Part shown: positions 9,187 to 17,805 of the stretch, piece by piece
How the letters are laid out: each line of letters opens with the position of its first letter
Position numbering within the stretch: the stretch's first letter is position 1
Assembly: GCA_964510105.1 (NCBI GenBank)
Contig: CAZEAI010000002.1
Span: 90,150-154,149, forward strand
Direction of reading: 5' to 3'
From: an uncultured bacterium
GTDB lineage: Bacteria; Latescibacterota; MWCZ01
DNA: 64,000 bases
Program-made: the position numbers and the translations under genes
The notes under the pieces: model-generated
Databases searched by the model: none
What the model saw: only the letters and a program-made list of their open reading frames with translations
Told to the model about the DNA's origin: nothing

Positions 9187-11013
9187 ATGCACGTCCAGAT
9201 ACGCCTTCACACACTAGCGGCCCTGCTGGCTGCGCTCATGACGGTCTCGACAGTCGCCGCATCGTGGCAGTGGCAGAATCCGCAGCCCACCGGTGTATCT
9301 CTACGCGACATCGTGGCAACGGATGGCGGCGATGCATGGGCCGTCGGCGGCGACGGCACAATACTGAGGCGCGCCGATAGCGACTGGCTGGTCGAACACT
9401 CTCCGACAGGGGCGGAACTGCGGGGAGTTGCCATCTCCCGCGACAGCACCGTCTGGGCCGTGGGCGATAGCGGAACGGTGCTCGTGCGCCAGGTTGATGG
9501 TAGCTGGGGCTCACGCTCGGTGGGCGTCCAGGTGCGCTTCAACAGCGTCGCGTTCGCCGACGCCATGGTCGGATGGATAGCCGGTTCGGGAGTGATACTC
9601 GGCACCACGGACGGAGGCCGGTCCTGGCGGCCCCAGTTCACCACCGCCGGGACGGATGTCGCTGCTATCGACGTCTTCGACGCAACCACCGCCGTCGCTG
9701 TCGCCTGGGCAGGTGGAGCGCCACATGGCGAATCGCTCGTGTTGCGAACCGACGACGGCGGAACGACCTGGTACGATCAGGCATTCGGTCCGCGCTATCG
9801 ATTCACGGGTATCTGGGCCGACCGTGGCGCCGAACGGGTCTGGATCTGCGGAAACGCGCAGACCGATCGCGCCATCCCGCCGCTGGTGATCCACTCACCG
9901 GACCGCGGGGTTCATTGGAGGAAGCACGAGCTACCGGCAGCGGGCAAACTGACCGATATCGAAGTATCCGACGGCGTCGTGGTAGCGGTCGGCGTATCCG
10001 ACACGCGCAACTCGTGGGTGCTCGGATCAACGGATGACGGTGAAACGTGGCTGACGAGGCAACTGTCCACGGCCGTTCGTCTCATGGCAGCCACCGAGCT
10101 TGACGGCGCCATGATCGCGGTGGGTGAGTCCGGACTGATAGCCGGCCCCGGGAATCTCATCGACCGCGGTCTCAAGGTGTCTCGACGCGACCATCTGCGC
10201 GCCGTCGCCTTCGTCAACCCTCAGAGCGGCTGCGCGGTCGGCGAAGATGGCATACTCATGACCACCGATGACGGTGGGGCCTCATGGGCCGCTCCGCGGC
10301 GGACTTTCGCGACACACCTCTCCAACGTGGCGTGGACAAGCCGGAACGTGGCGTACGCGGTCGCGGAGGGCGGTTTGATGATTCGCACGCTCGACAAAGG
10401 CGCCACGTGGCACATGCATCAGTCCGGCACCGACGCGGACCTGCTCGCCATCTCCTCGCTGGGCGACGATGTCTTCGCGGGAGGATCGGGGGGCACGATC
10501 GTCTACAGCCGGGATCGCGGCAACACGTGGACGACGCCGGACTCGCCGACCAGCGCGCTCATCGTGGACCTTGACGTGACAGAGGGCGCGACGGCAACGA
10601 TTCTCGACGCGGAAGGCAAGGTCTGGCGCACGTCGGACGGCGGCGAGAGCTGGAACGCCCTGCGGGTTGCCGGCGATGGCCGTGCGACGGCTCTCGCCAC
10701 GCCGGACGCTTCCACGGTGATCGTCGCACGAACCGGAGCGACACCGGATTCGCCGGGCAGTCTGGCGATAAGCTCCGATTCAGGGCGGCGATGGAGCGAA
10801 GTCGAGACGCCCGTACCCGCGAGACAGATCAGTTTCGCGAGCCGAGCCGCGGGAGCGATAGTCGCCGGCGGCATGATCTACGTCACGACCGACGGCGGCA
10901 CGACGTGGCGGGAAGCTGCCAACGTCGGCTCAGCCACTCTCGCCGACGTGGACTACACCCGAGGCATCGTCCACGCGGTTGGTGAGCGCGCAGTTATCAT
11001 CCAGGCGGAGTAG
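9187..11013 (+). CDS. Secreted BNR/Asp-box repeat beta-propeller protein (Ycf48-like)
   Basis: 608 aa with a signal peptide. Recurrent Asp-box motifs: TTDGGRSW, TDDGGTTW, STDDGETW, TTDDGGASW, TLDKGATW, SRDRGNTW, TSDGGESW, SSDSGRRW, TTDGGTTW. Confidence 0.85.
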   Translation: MHVQIRLHTLAALLAALMTVSTVAASWQWQNPQPTGVSLRDIVATDGGDAWAVGGDGTILRRADSDWLVEHSPTGAELRGVAISRDSTVWAVGDSGTVLVRQVDGSWGSRSVGVQVRFNSVAFADAMVGWIAGSGVILGTTDGGRSWRPQFTTAGTDVAAIDVFDATTAVAVAWAGGAPHGESLVLRTDDGGTTWYDQAFGPRYRFTGIWADRGAERVWICGNAQTDRAIPPLVIHSPDRGVHWRKHELPAAGKLTDIEVSDGVVVAVGVSDTRNSWVLGSTDDGETWLTRQLSTAVRLMAATELDGAMIAVGESGLIAGPGNLIDRGLKVSRRDHLRAVAFVNPQSGCAVGEDGILMTTDDGGASWAAPRRTFATHLSNVAWTSRNVAYAVAEGGLMIRTLDKGATWHMHQSGTDADLLAISSLGDDVFAGGSGGTIVYSRDRGNTWTTPDSPTSALIVDLDVTEGATATILDAEGKVWRTSDGGESWNALRVAGDGRATALATPDASTVIVARTGATPDSPGSLAISSDSGRRWSEVETPVPARQISFASRAAGAIVAGGMIYVTTDGGTTWREAANVGSATLADVDYTRGIVHAVGERAVIIQAE

Positions 11014-11031
11014 CGTTGGGCGTCCGCCGCG

Positions 11032-11577
11032 TCAGAGCCAGTTATCGAGCTTCTTCCGCCGGGTGCTGATGCGCTTGCGGAGTACTTTCTGGTAGTTCTT
11101 GTCGCCGGATTCCAGCTCGGACGCGCCCTCGATAAGCGAAGCAAGTGCTTTCTCGTGCTTCGATATCTTCTCGCGCTGGGCATCGTCTTCGGGAGGATGG
11201 TCAACCGGCACGTCGTCGAGCAGGGATAGCACCCGTTCGAGCTGTTTGACGAGCTTCGGCTTCAGCGAGCGCCGCTCGGGGTGCGCGAGTAGTTCAGCGA
11301 TCTTGCTGCGGATCTCGGATCGTAGCGATGCGGTCCGCTCTTGCCACTGGCGTTGCGCGTCGGTGAGTTCGGTACCGGTGAGTACCTCTTTGATGCGCCC
11401 GGCGAGCACGTACCCTACTCCGCGCACATGGGCCAGATCGTCGATGCTCGCCCTGCGGACTGCGTCGACGTCCGTCATGCCGGCTTCAACCAACCAGTCG
11501 GCCTTCGTCGCGCCGATGCCCGGCAGATCCGAAAGTGACGCGTACGACCGCGCTCTCTGAGGCTCTTCAGCCTGCAT
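11032..11577 (-). CDS. Helix-hairpin-helix domain protein with a C-terminal coiled-coil
   Basis: LPGIGATKADWLVEAG...VRGVGYVLAGRI forms two HhH motifs. Start moved to ATG 11577 (MQAEEPQ) because AAGGAG lies 7 nt upstream. Confidence 0.7.
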   Translation of the reverse strand: MQAEEPQRARSYASLSDLPGIGATKADWLVEAGMTDVDAVRRASIDDLAHVRGVGYVLAGRIKEVLTGTELTDAQRQWQERTASLRSEIRSKIAELLAHPERRSLKPKLVKQLERVLSLLDDVPVDHPPEDDAQREKISKHEKALASLIEGASELESGDKNYQKVLRKRISTRRKKLDNWL

Positions 11578-11620
11578 GGTGGACTCCTTTCGATCTCCTG
11601 GCGTTCCGGAGTGCTCCTGC

Positions 11621-12355
11621 CTACATGTGTGTGCCCTCAGGCGCGGCAACACCGATGCCGACCTCCGGCCCGAAGCCTAGCTCGCTCGAAATCACGCGGC
11701 GCAGCTCTTCTTGTATGGTTTCCACGTCCCGGGCCGCGTCGATAACGGAGAAACCATGCTCTTCGGCCATGCGATCGTACTCGGCCAAAACCTTGCCCTG
11801 GTAGAGTTTGAAGCTGTCGAACGGATCGAGGGCAGGGTTGTGGTCCATGCCCGCCTCCCAATGATCGAGGCTATCGGCGAGCAGCACCCGATGGATGAGC
11901 GTGTCGACATCCACCCGCAGATACAGGACCAACTGCGGCACGAGTCCGAACCCGTACAGCTTTGTAATCCAGTCGCGATCGGCCCCCCGCACTATGGCTC
12001 GCGCGAACGCAGTATAGACGTACCGGTCGGCGAGTACGATGAAGCCGGCTCGCAGTGCCGGGATGATTTCGTTCTCGAGGCGATCGGCGAAATCCGTGGC
12101 ATAGAGGAGGTTGAACGTCAGAGCGTTCATCGTGTTGCCCTCTTTCGCCAGATCGGTCGTCTTGCTAACCAGTCGGGACCGCGTCCATCCAGTTTCGGTA
12201 ACACCGTATCCCTGGAGTTCGAGCCACGAACGCAGCATCGTGATCTGCGTCGTCCGGCCGACACCGTCGGAACCTTCCACGACGATGAGCTGCCCGGTCA
12301 GGTCGTCGAGGTTCGCGTAGGGCAACCCCGTTCCCATGAACTTTCCGTCTGCCAT
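11621..12355 (-). CDS. Thymidylate-kinase-like protein with an atypical P-loop (GVGRTT)
   Basis: 244 aa. LIVVEGSDGVGRTTQ is a Tmk-type P-loop in which the invariant Lys is Arg. DRY motif present (LADRYVYTAFAR). Paralogous to the adjacent gene. Confidence 0.75.
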   Translation of the reverse strand: MADGKFMGTGLPYANLDDLTGQLIVVEGSDGVGRTTQITMLRSWLELQGYGVTETGWTRSRLVSKTTDLAKEGNTMNALTFNLLYATDFADRLENEIIPALRAGFIVLADRYVYTAFARAIVRGADRDWITKLYGFGLVPQLVLYLRVDVDTLIHRVLLADSLDHWEAGMDHNPALDPFDSFKLYQGKVLAEYDRMAEEHGFSVIDAARDVETIQEELRRVISSELGFGPEVGIGVAAPEGTHM

Positions 12356-12368
12356 CTGGGTCCGTCCC

Positions 12369-13088
12369 TCAGATCGTCGCCGCGCCGTTGACCGACGCGT
12401 TCACCTGTTCGCCGTATGGAGCGAGATAGTCGTGGAGTTCGCGCTCCACGACGGCCCGAACTTGCTGCTGTTGGACCTGGATGGCCTGAACGGCGTCCAT
12501 CACGTGGAATCCGAACTCCTCGCCCATCTTGTCGTATTCGTCGAGCACCTTGCTCTGAAAAAGCTCGAAGCATTCCACGGGATCGCTGCTCAGACCCGTA
12601 TCCATGCCCGCTTCATAGAACTTCAGCTTCATCCGCACGCTGAGCAGCCTGCGCAGCGAAACGGAAATCGGCACCTTGAAGTAGAACGCGATGTCCGGCT
12701 TGATCGCAAAGCTGTACAGCGACCGGACCCACTCGGGATCCACGCCTCGCGCTCGATCGCGGGAGAACGCGGTGAATGCGTAACGATCCGCGATGACGAC
12801 CATCCCTGCCTTGAGCGGCGGGATGATCTTCAGCGACAGGCGATCCGCGAAATCGGTGGCGTGCAGGAGGCTGAACGTCGTCGGCGTAAGAGAGTCGCTC
12901 TTCTTCGCCTTCTTCGTCGTGGATTTGACAAGGTTCGATGAATTCCACTCCGTCCAGAAGACGGGCACGCCCTGGGCGGCGAGCCAATTCCTGAGCAGAC
13001 TGGCCTGAGTGGTCTTTCCCGATCCGTCAATACCTTCGACGATGATCAGGCGACCGGGGTAATCGTGCTGATTGCTGAGTCCTGGCAT
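12369..13088 (-). CDS. tmk: Thymidylate (dTMP) kinase family protein
   Basis: 239 aa. Canonical P-loop IIVEGIDGSGKTTQ and DRY motif (IADRYAFTAFSR). About 25 aa longer than typical Tmk, so true Tmk identity is not certain. Confidence 0.75.
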   Translation of the reverse strand: MPGLSNQHDYPGRLIIVEGIDGSGKTTQASLLRNWLAAQGVPVFWTEWNSSNLVKSTTKKAKKSDSLTPTTFSLLHATDFADRLSLKIIPPLKAGMVVIADRYAFTAFSRDRARGVDPEWVRSLYSFAIKPDIAFYFKVPISVSLRRLLSVRMKLKFYEAGMDTGLSSDPVECFELFQSKVLDEYDKMGEEFGFHVMDAVQAIQVQQQQVRAVVERELHDYLAPYGEQVNASVNGAATI

Positions 13089-13109
13089 TTTGCTGGCCTC
13101 GCTGACGAG

Positions 13110-13763
13110 TCAGGTAAAGGCGACCGGCCGGATCGCGACACGCGCACCGACCACTTCCTCTAGAAGCGATTTCTTGCGTTCTGCCGCCCAGACTTCAACA
13201 TCGGCGTTACCTCGCACGGTAAGACCTATCTCAAGTCTGGACAGATTCCACGCTATGTCCAACGCCTCAACGACGCTACGGTGCGATCTATCAAGCCCAT
13301 CAGCTACCCTGAGAACCGCCGACAAGGCCCGCACCACTTCGTATACGCCCTGACCCAGCCCCGTGAAAACCTTCTGATCCGGCGACGGAGAGCGCTTTCG
13401 ATGAAATCTCGCAACGAGCGCTATTATCTCGATTTCGAACGCGAGGAAACCCGGTAGCGACGCGTCTCTGATGAGCTGTTCCGCATGTTTGTGATGCTTC
13501 CTCGCATCGACAATATAACCGATATCGTGCAACAGTGCCGAGTGCTCCAACCACTCACCCGCCGGACCCGGGCGGAAGACATCCGCATCGATCACCCCGT
13601 CCCGTACCAGAAGGCGGTAGAGCACGAGCGCCAGCCGAGACACCTGAGCGGCGTGTCCGGAATGCCATTCACACTCCCTGCCGAGGGACAGCACAGCCTC
13701 TCGGCGGGCCGCCACACGGGCCGCGTCGTGCGTGCTCGGGTCGAGACGATCGTCCCCGCTCAT
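13110..13763 (-). CDS. Stand-alone HD domain protein of the Ppx/GppA C-terminal type
   Basis: SALLHDIGYIVDARKHHKHAEQLI...LVARFHRKRSP...LRVADGLDRSH follows the Ppx/GppA domain III/IV pattern. Start set at ATG 13763, which overlaps the upstream stop (ATGA at 13760-13763). The track ORF up to 14051 is an Arg-rich out-of-gene extension. Confidence 0.75.
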   Translation of the reverse strand: MSGDDRLDPSTHDAARVAARREAVLSLGRECEWHSGHAAQVSRLALVLYRLLVRDGVIDADVFRPGPAGEWLEHSALLHDIGYIVDARKHHKHAEQLIRDASLPGFLAFEIEIIALVARFHRKRSPSPDQKVFTGLGQGVYEVVRALSAVLRVADGLDRSHRSVVEALDIAWNLSRLEIGLTVRGNADVEVWAAERKKSLLEEVVGARVAIRPVAFT

Positions 13764-15244
13764 ACCGCCGACGATACCCAACGTAGCGCCGAGGTACGCA
13801 ACGCCCGCTTCAGCTTCGGCCAGGCCTTTCGGAAATGCTTCCACGCAATGTCCCGCTCCGCGGCGCAGCGCTCCCGAAGCCAGCGGTCGGTTTCGCCGTC
13901 GATGGCTTCCGGCAGCAGCGACGCGTGAACGTCTGCGTCGTGGACGTCTCCCAGGGCATCCTGCACGGCCTTCAGCCGCCGGTTCAGCCGTCGTCTTCCG
14001 GGCCCGAGCGCCGTGTACCCCGCCTCGACGGCGTAGCGCATGCGCCTGCATCGACGGCGCAACTCATGTATGCGCTCCACATCCGACACGACTATAGTAC
14101 CGTCGAACCTCATGATGGACCGCGCGTGCCGCCGGAGGAGGCGTGGCGTCTCCTCGAAGAGCGTCCTCGCCGACCGGCTCCTCAACCGCTCCGGGGAGTT
14201 CGCCTCGCGGTCCGCCCAGTCCGCCGCTTGATCGATCGTGGCCTGGAACGTGCCGTCGCGCACGCCGCGTGCGGTGGCGGCAAGCCCGATGCGACGGGTC
14301 CGCTCGATACCATGCTCGATGCCCGCAAGCGATTCCCGCACGCGCTCCGGGGCCTCCTCACGAACCGAGCGCAACCAGTCCAATGCCAGCTCCGCATCCC
14401 GCGCCACGCCCATCGCGTCACAAACCTCGGCCAGGCGATCTCGCACGTCGTCCATCGCGCCCGGTGTCCAGATGCGACGGTTCATCCGTAGCACCGCTCT
14501 GAAGCGACGTATGGCCACCCGGGCATCATGGCGCGCCGTGATACCCGCGAAGGTGCCGGCTCCGGAAATCGCGGCGGTCATGTGCGCGCAGTAGACACGC
14601 AGCGCGATTCCGCCGGCCTCCGCAAGCGTGTCGCCCGGCAGGGCCGGCGGCCGCAGGAGCGCAACGGAGCGCTCCGTGGTCTCAACGCGAAGCGGCGTGC
14701 CGACTACCTCGCGCCAGAGGTCCGCCTTCTTGTTCGCGCGGGCAACGTCGACTCCCACATCGTCGTAGCTATCCGTGATAGACACCGTCGCGCGGTTTCT
14801 GCCGCTAACGCGGGCGATCTGAGCGAGGTGCGTCCCGCAGTAGTCGAGTCCGTCGGCGACGCGCAGAATCGCGGCCAGCCGGAGGGTAACAGCGCGCAAG
14901 TCTTTCCCGAGGGACTGGAACAACGGCTCGTCGTCCGGCCTTACCCGTTTGCGATGAAACATCACGAGACACGCAACGGCCGCGCGCTCCTCGTCGCTGT
15001 AGCCTCGAAGCCCCTCGAGCGCCACGATATCGCGCCCTCTGACGTGGTGCAACGTGGCATCTTCGGCCAGTCCCACGTTGTGAAGAAGGGAGCCGGCCTG
15101 GAGAAGCGGTACGTACCGCGGACTCACGCCGTGCACTTCGAGCGTCTCGGTGAAGATCGTCGTGGCCAGATCGCTCACGTGATCGCTGTGCGCGAGGTAG
15201 TCACCGTGTCGCCTGCGAAGCGACGTGACGGTGGCGATTGACAT
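13760..15244 (-). CDS. Degenerate HD-like (Ppx/GppA C-terminal type) domain fused to a CHAD domain
   Basis: The N-terminal half matches the neighbouring HD protein, but the HD dyad reads HN (SLLHNVGL...FHRKRVRP...LRVADGLD). The C-terminal half has conserved-His helices typical of CHAD (HDARVAIRRFRAVLR, IHELRRRCRRMRYAVE, LGDVHDADV). Confidence 0.8.
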   Translation of the reverse strand: MSIATVTSLRRRHGDYLAHSDHVSDLATTIFTETLEVHGVSPRYVPLLQAGSLLHNVGLAEDATLHHVRGRDIVALEGLRGYSDEERAAVACLVMFHRKRVRPDDEPLFQSLGKDLRAVTLRLAAILRVADGLDYCGTHLAQIARVSGRNRATVSITDSYDDVGVDVARANKKADLWREVVGTPLRVETTERSVALLRPPALPGDTLAEAGGIALRVYCAHMTAAISGAGTFAGITARHDARVAIRRFRAVLRMNRRIWTPGAMDDVRDRLAEVCDAMGVARDAELALDWLRSVREEAPERVRESLAGIEHGIERTRRIGLAATARGVRDGTFQATIDQAADWADREANSPERLRSRSARTLFEETPRLLRRHARSIMRFDGTIVVSDVERIHELRRRCRRMRYAVEAGYTALGPGRRRLNRRLKAVQDALGDVHDADVHASLLPEAIDGETDRWLRERCAAERDIAWKHFRKAWPKLKRALRTSALRWVSSAV

Positions 15245-15262
15245 AGCCTTGCCCTCCCGTCG

Positions 15263-16624
15263 CTACTCCCTGACGTGAAGCAACAGCGCACGCGGTCCGC
15301 GCATTGCCCGATATTCGGCCACGGCGTTCGGGCTCGGTTCCGCCACGAGCCTGATTCCGCGGATGGCCAGCCAGTCACGCGCCTCGGCGCCGATCTGGAG
15401 CTTGCCGGTCGCTCCGATACCGATTACGAGGGCTTGCGGCATGCCTTTGCACACCCACTCCAGTTCCGGGATGCTCACTCGGCTGTCGGTGCCGAATACC
15501 CGACGGGACAGCTTCTTGCGGCGCTTGCGCAGGCTACCGTCCTCGCGGATGACGATGTCGTCGACGTGCCTTTCGCCGTTGATCCGAACTTCGCCCTCGG
15601 CGACCCATTCGACCGTCGGCACATACGCTGACGGCCCGCCGGGCCTGCGAGCGGCCAGGCCCTCTAACGCGAGAGCCGCAGCGCCCAGCACCCCCGCATC
15701 GTCTCCGAGACGCGACGATACGATGGGAATCGCGCCGCCGGGTATCGGCATCATGCGCTCTTCCGCCGCCGCGACGATTCTCGGCATCATGAAGATGCCA
15801 CATGCCTGCACCAGCCCGCCTCCAACGACTATCACATCAGGGTCCAGGAGATTCGCGACGTTTCCTATGCCCCTGCCCAGAGTCGTCGCGGCGCGCCTGA
15901 CGACCTCCATCACGACTTCGTCTCGCTCTTCGAGAGCCCTCTGGATCCTCGCGCTTCTGATCCGCTTGCCGGCGGCGACGCGGTCGCCGAGGAGCGATGG
16001 GCGACCAGCGTTGACCGCGTCGCGAATGTCCCGCTCCACGGCGGTCCGGCTGGCGAACGCCTCAAGGCAGCCGATTCGTCCGCACCCGCATACGGGGCCG
16101 TCCGGAGCGACCTGCATGTGACCGACCTCGCCCGACCCACCATGGGCGCCGAGGTGCATCTTGCCATCGATCACAAGGCCGCCGCCAATGCCCGTGCCGA
16201 CGAAGATGCCGAACAGGTTTGAGACCCCTCTGCCCGCGCCGTACCAGGCCTCGCCCATGGTGGAGAGCGTGACGTCGTTTCCAACGACGACCGGCAGCCC
16301 ACACGCATCGGAGACCTTCCGACCGAGATCGGTGTCGTCAAGCGGCAGGTTTGCCGTCGCCAGCACGTGGCCGGTGTCCGTGTCGACAACGCCGGGCACA
16401 CCGATTCCCACGGCGGCAATGTCGATGCCGCGATCAGCGTAGCGGGAGCGCATCGATTCGGTGAGGGTGATGATCTTGGTGAGGATTTCGGGCGCGGTGC
16501 TCTTGCCCGAAGAGGTCTTTTCTCGCTCGACGATTCTGCCCGCCGAATCCACCACGGCGACGAGCAGCTTCGTGCCGCCAAGGTCGATGCCGAGCACGAC
16601 CGGTTGTCGAAGCGTCATGGCCAT
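15263..16624 (-). CDS. ROK-family sugar kinase fused to a C-terminal Mth938-like (DUF498) domain
   Basis: VLGIDLGGTKLLVAVVD is the ASKHA phosphate-1 motif and CGCGRIGCLEA is the ROK zinc motif. The C-terminal ~115 aa (LRKRRKKLSRRVFGTDSRVSIPELEWV...ALVIGIGATGKLQIGAEARDWLAIRGIRLVAEPSPNAVAEYRAM) resemble Mth938 family proteins. Start set at ATG 16624, behind GGAGGGGA. ATG 16645 is also possible. Confidence 0.8.
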   Translation of the reverse strand: MAMTLRQPVVLGIDLGGTKLLVAVVDSAGRIVEREKTSSGKSTAPEILTKIITLTESMRSRYADRGIDIAAVGIGVPGVVDTDTGHVLATANLPLDDTDLGRKVSDACGLPVVVGNDVTLSTMGEAWYGAGRGVSNLFGIFVGTGIGGGLVIDGKMHLGAHGGSGEVGHMQVAPDGPVCGCGRIGCLEAFASRTAVERDIRDAVNAGRPSLLGDRVAAGKRIRSARIQRALEERDEVVMEVVRRAATTLGRGIGNVANLLDPDVIVVGGGLVQACGIFMMPRIVAAAEERMMPIPGGAIPIVSSRLGDDAGVLGAAALALEGLAARRPGGPSAYVPTVEWVAEGEVRINGERHVDDIVIREDGSLRKRRKKLSRRVFGTDSRVSIPELEWVCKGMPQALVIGIGATGKLQIGAEARDWLAIRGIRLVAEPSPNAVAEYRAMRGPRALLLHVRE

Positions 16625-16647
16625 TCCCCTCCGGGGAATACGCATCG

Positions 16648-17727
16648 TCAGACGTTGAATCGAATGTTCAGAACATCCCCGTCCTGCACGACGTAATTCT
16701 TGCCTTCCAGGCGCAGAGTACCGCGCTCGCGCGCCGCGGCTGTCGAGCCGGCTCCCATGAGTTCCTCATAGGTCACGACCTCCGCTCGGATGAAGCCCCG
16801 CTCCAGATCGCTGTGTATCGTTCCGGCGGCATCCGTGGCAAACGAGCCACGTCGAAGCGTCCAAGCGCGCACTTCATCCTTACCGACAGTAAAGAAACTG
16901 ATCACTTCGAGCAATCCATACGATACGCGAATCAACCTGAAGACAGCAGGTTCGTCCACGTCAAGTTCGTCCAGAAACGGCCGCTGGTCGGCCTCGTCGA
17001 GGCGAGATATCTCCATCTCAAGCTCTGCGCAGAGCACCACGACATCGGTTTCCGGCAGGTCGGCGAACCGCGCGAGACCCGACGTTGTGGACTCGATGTC
17101 ACCGATCTGCTCTTCCCCAACGTTGACAACCACGATCATCGGTTTCGACGTGAGGAACTGGTATCCCTTGATAAGCCGGTGCTCCTCCGCGCTGAACTCA
17201 AGATGGCGCAACGGCCGTTCCGCGCCGAGGGCCTCGTTGCACCGTTCCAGAACGCGAAGCTCCGCCTCGCCCTCTTTCCGCCCGGCCCTCACCTCACGCG
17301 AGAGCCGGTCGACTCGCCGCTCGATGACCTCCAGGTCCGCGAGGATGAGTTCGACGTCGAAGTCCTCAATGTCGCGCTCCGGATCGATGCCACCATCGGG
17401 AACAGAGACAGTATCGCTGTCAAACGCCCTCACGACGTGAATGAGCGCATCCACCGACCGGAGCGCGCCGAGGAGCTGCGCGCGGGAGCCGCTCGCGCTG
17501 CCCTTCGCCAGTCCCGCAACGTCGGCGTACTGAACCGTCGCGGGGGTTGTCTTCTTCGGTTCGTACATCGCCGACAGAAGGTCCACCCGCTCATCGGGCA
17601 CTCTCACAACCGAGAGGTGCGGGTCGGAGCTGTTCGACCACGCGCCGGTTTCGACGCTCTCACCCGTTAGCGCGTTGAAGAGTGTGGTCTTGCCGGTCAG
17701 CGGCAATCCGGTGATACCGAGATCCAT
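16648..17727 (-). CDS. ychF: Ribosome-binding ATPase YchF
   Basis: 359 aa. G1 motif GLPLTGKTTLFNALTG, a coiled-coil insert, and the C-terminal YchF/TGS-like domain (FIRAEVVTYEEL...KNYVVQDGDV). Confidence 0.9.
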   Translation of the reverse strand: MDLGITGLPLTGKTTLFNALTGESVETGAWSNSSDPHLSVVRVPDERVDLLSAMYEPKKTTPATVQYADVAGLAKGSASGSRAQLLGALRSVDALIHVVRAFDSDTVSVPDGGIDPERDIEDFDVELILADLEVIERRVDRLSREVRAGRKEGEAELRVLERCNEALGAERPLRHLEFSAEEHRLIKGYQFLTSKPMIVVVNVGEEQIGDIESTTSGLARFADLPETDVVVLCAELEMEISRLDEADQRPFLDELDVDEPAVFRLIRVSYGLLEVISFFTVGKDEVRAWTLRRGSFATDAAGTIHSDLERGFIRAEVVTYEELMGAGSTAAARERGTLRLEGKNYVVQDGDVLNIRFNV

Positions 17728-17805
17728 GGGCTCAGGCTCATCCAGGGTTTGGGTGCGTAGTTGCGCGGAAGACTGTTGAGACAGAAAGGTAACTTCCGCG
17801 CGGGG

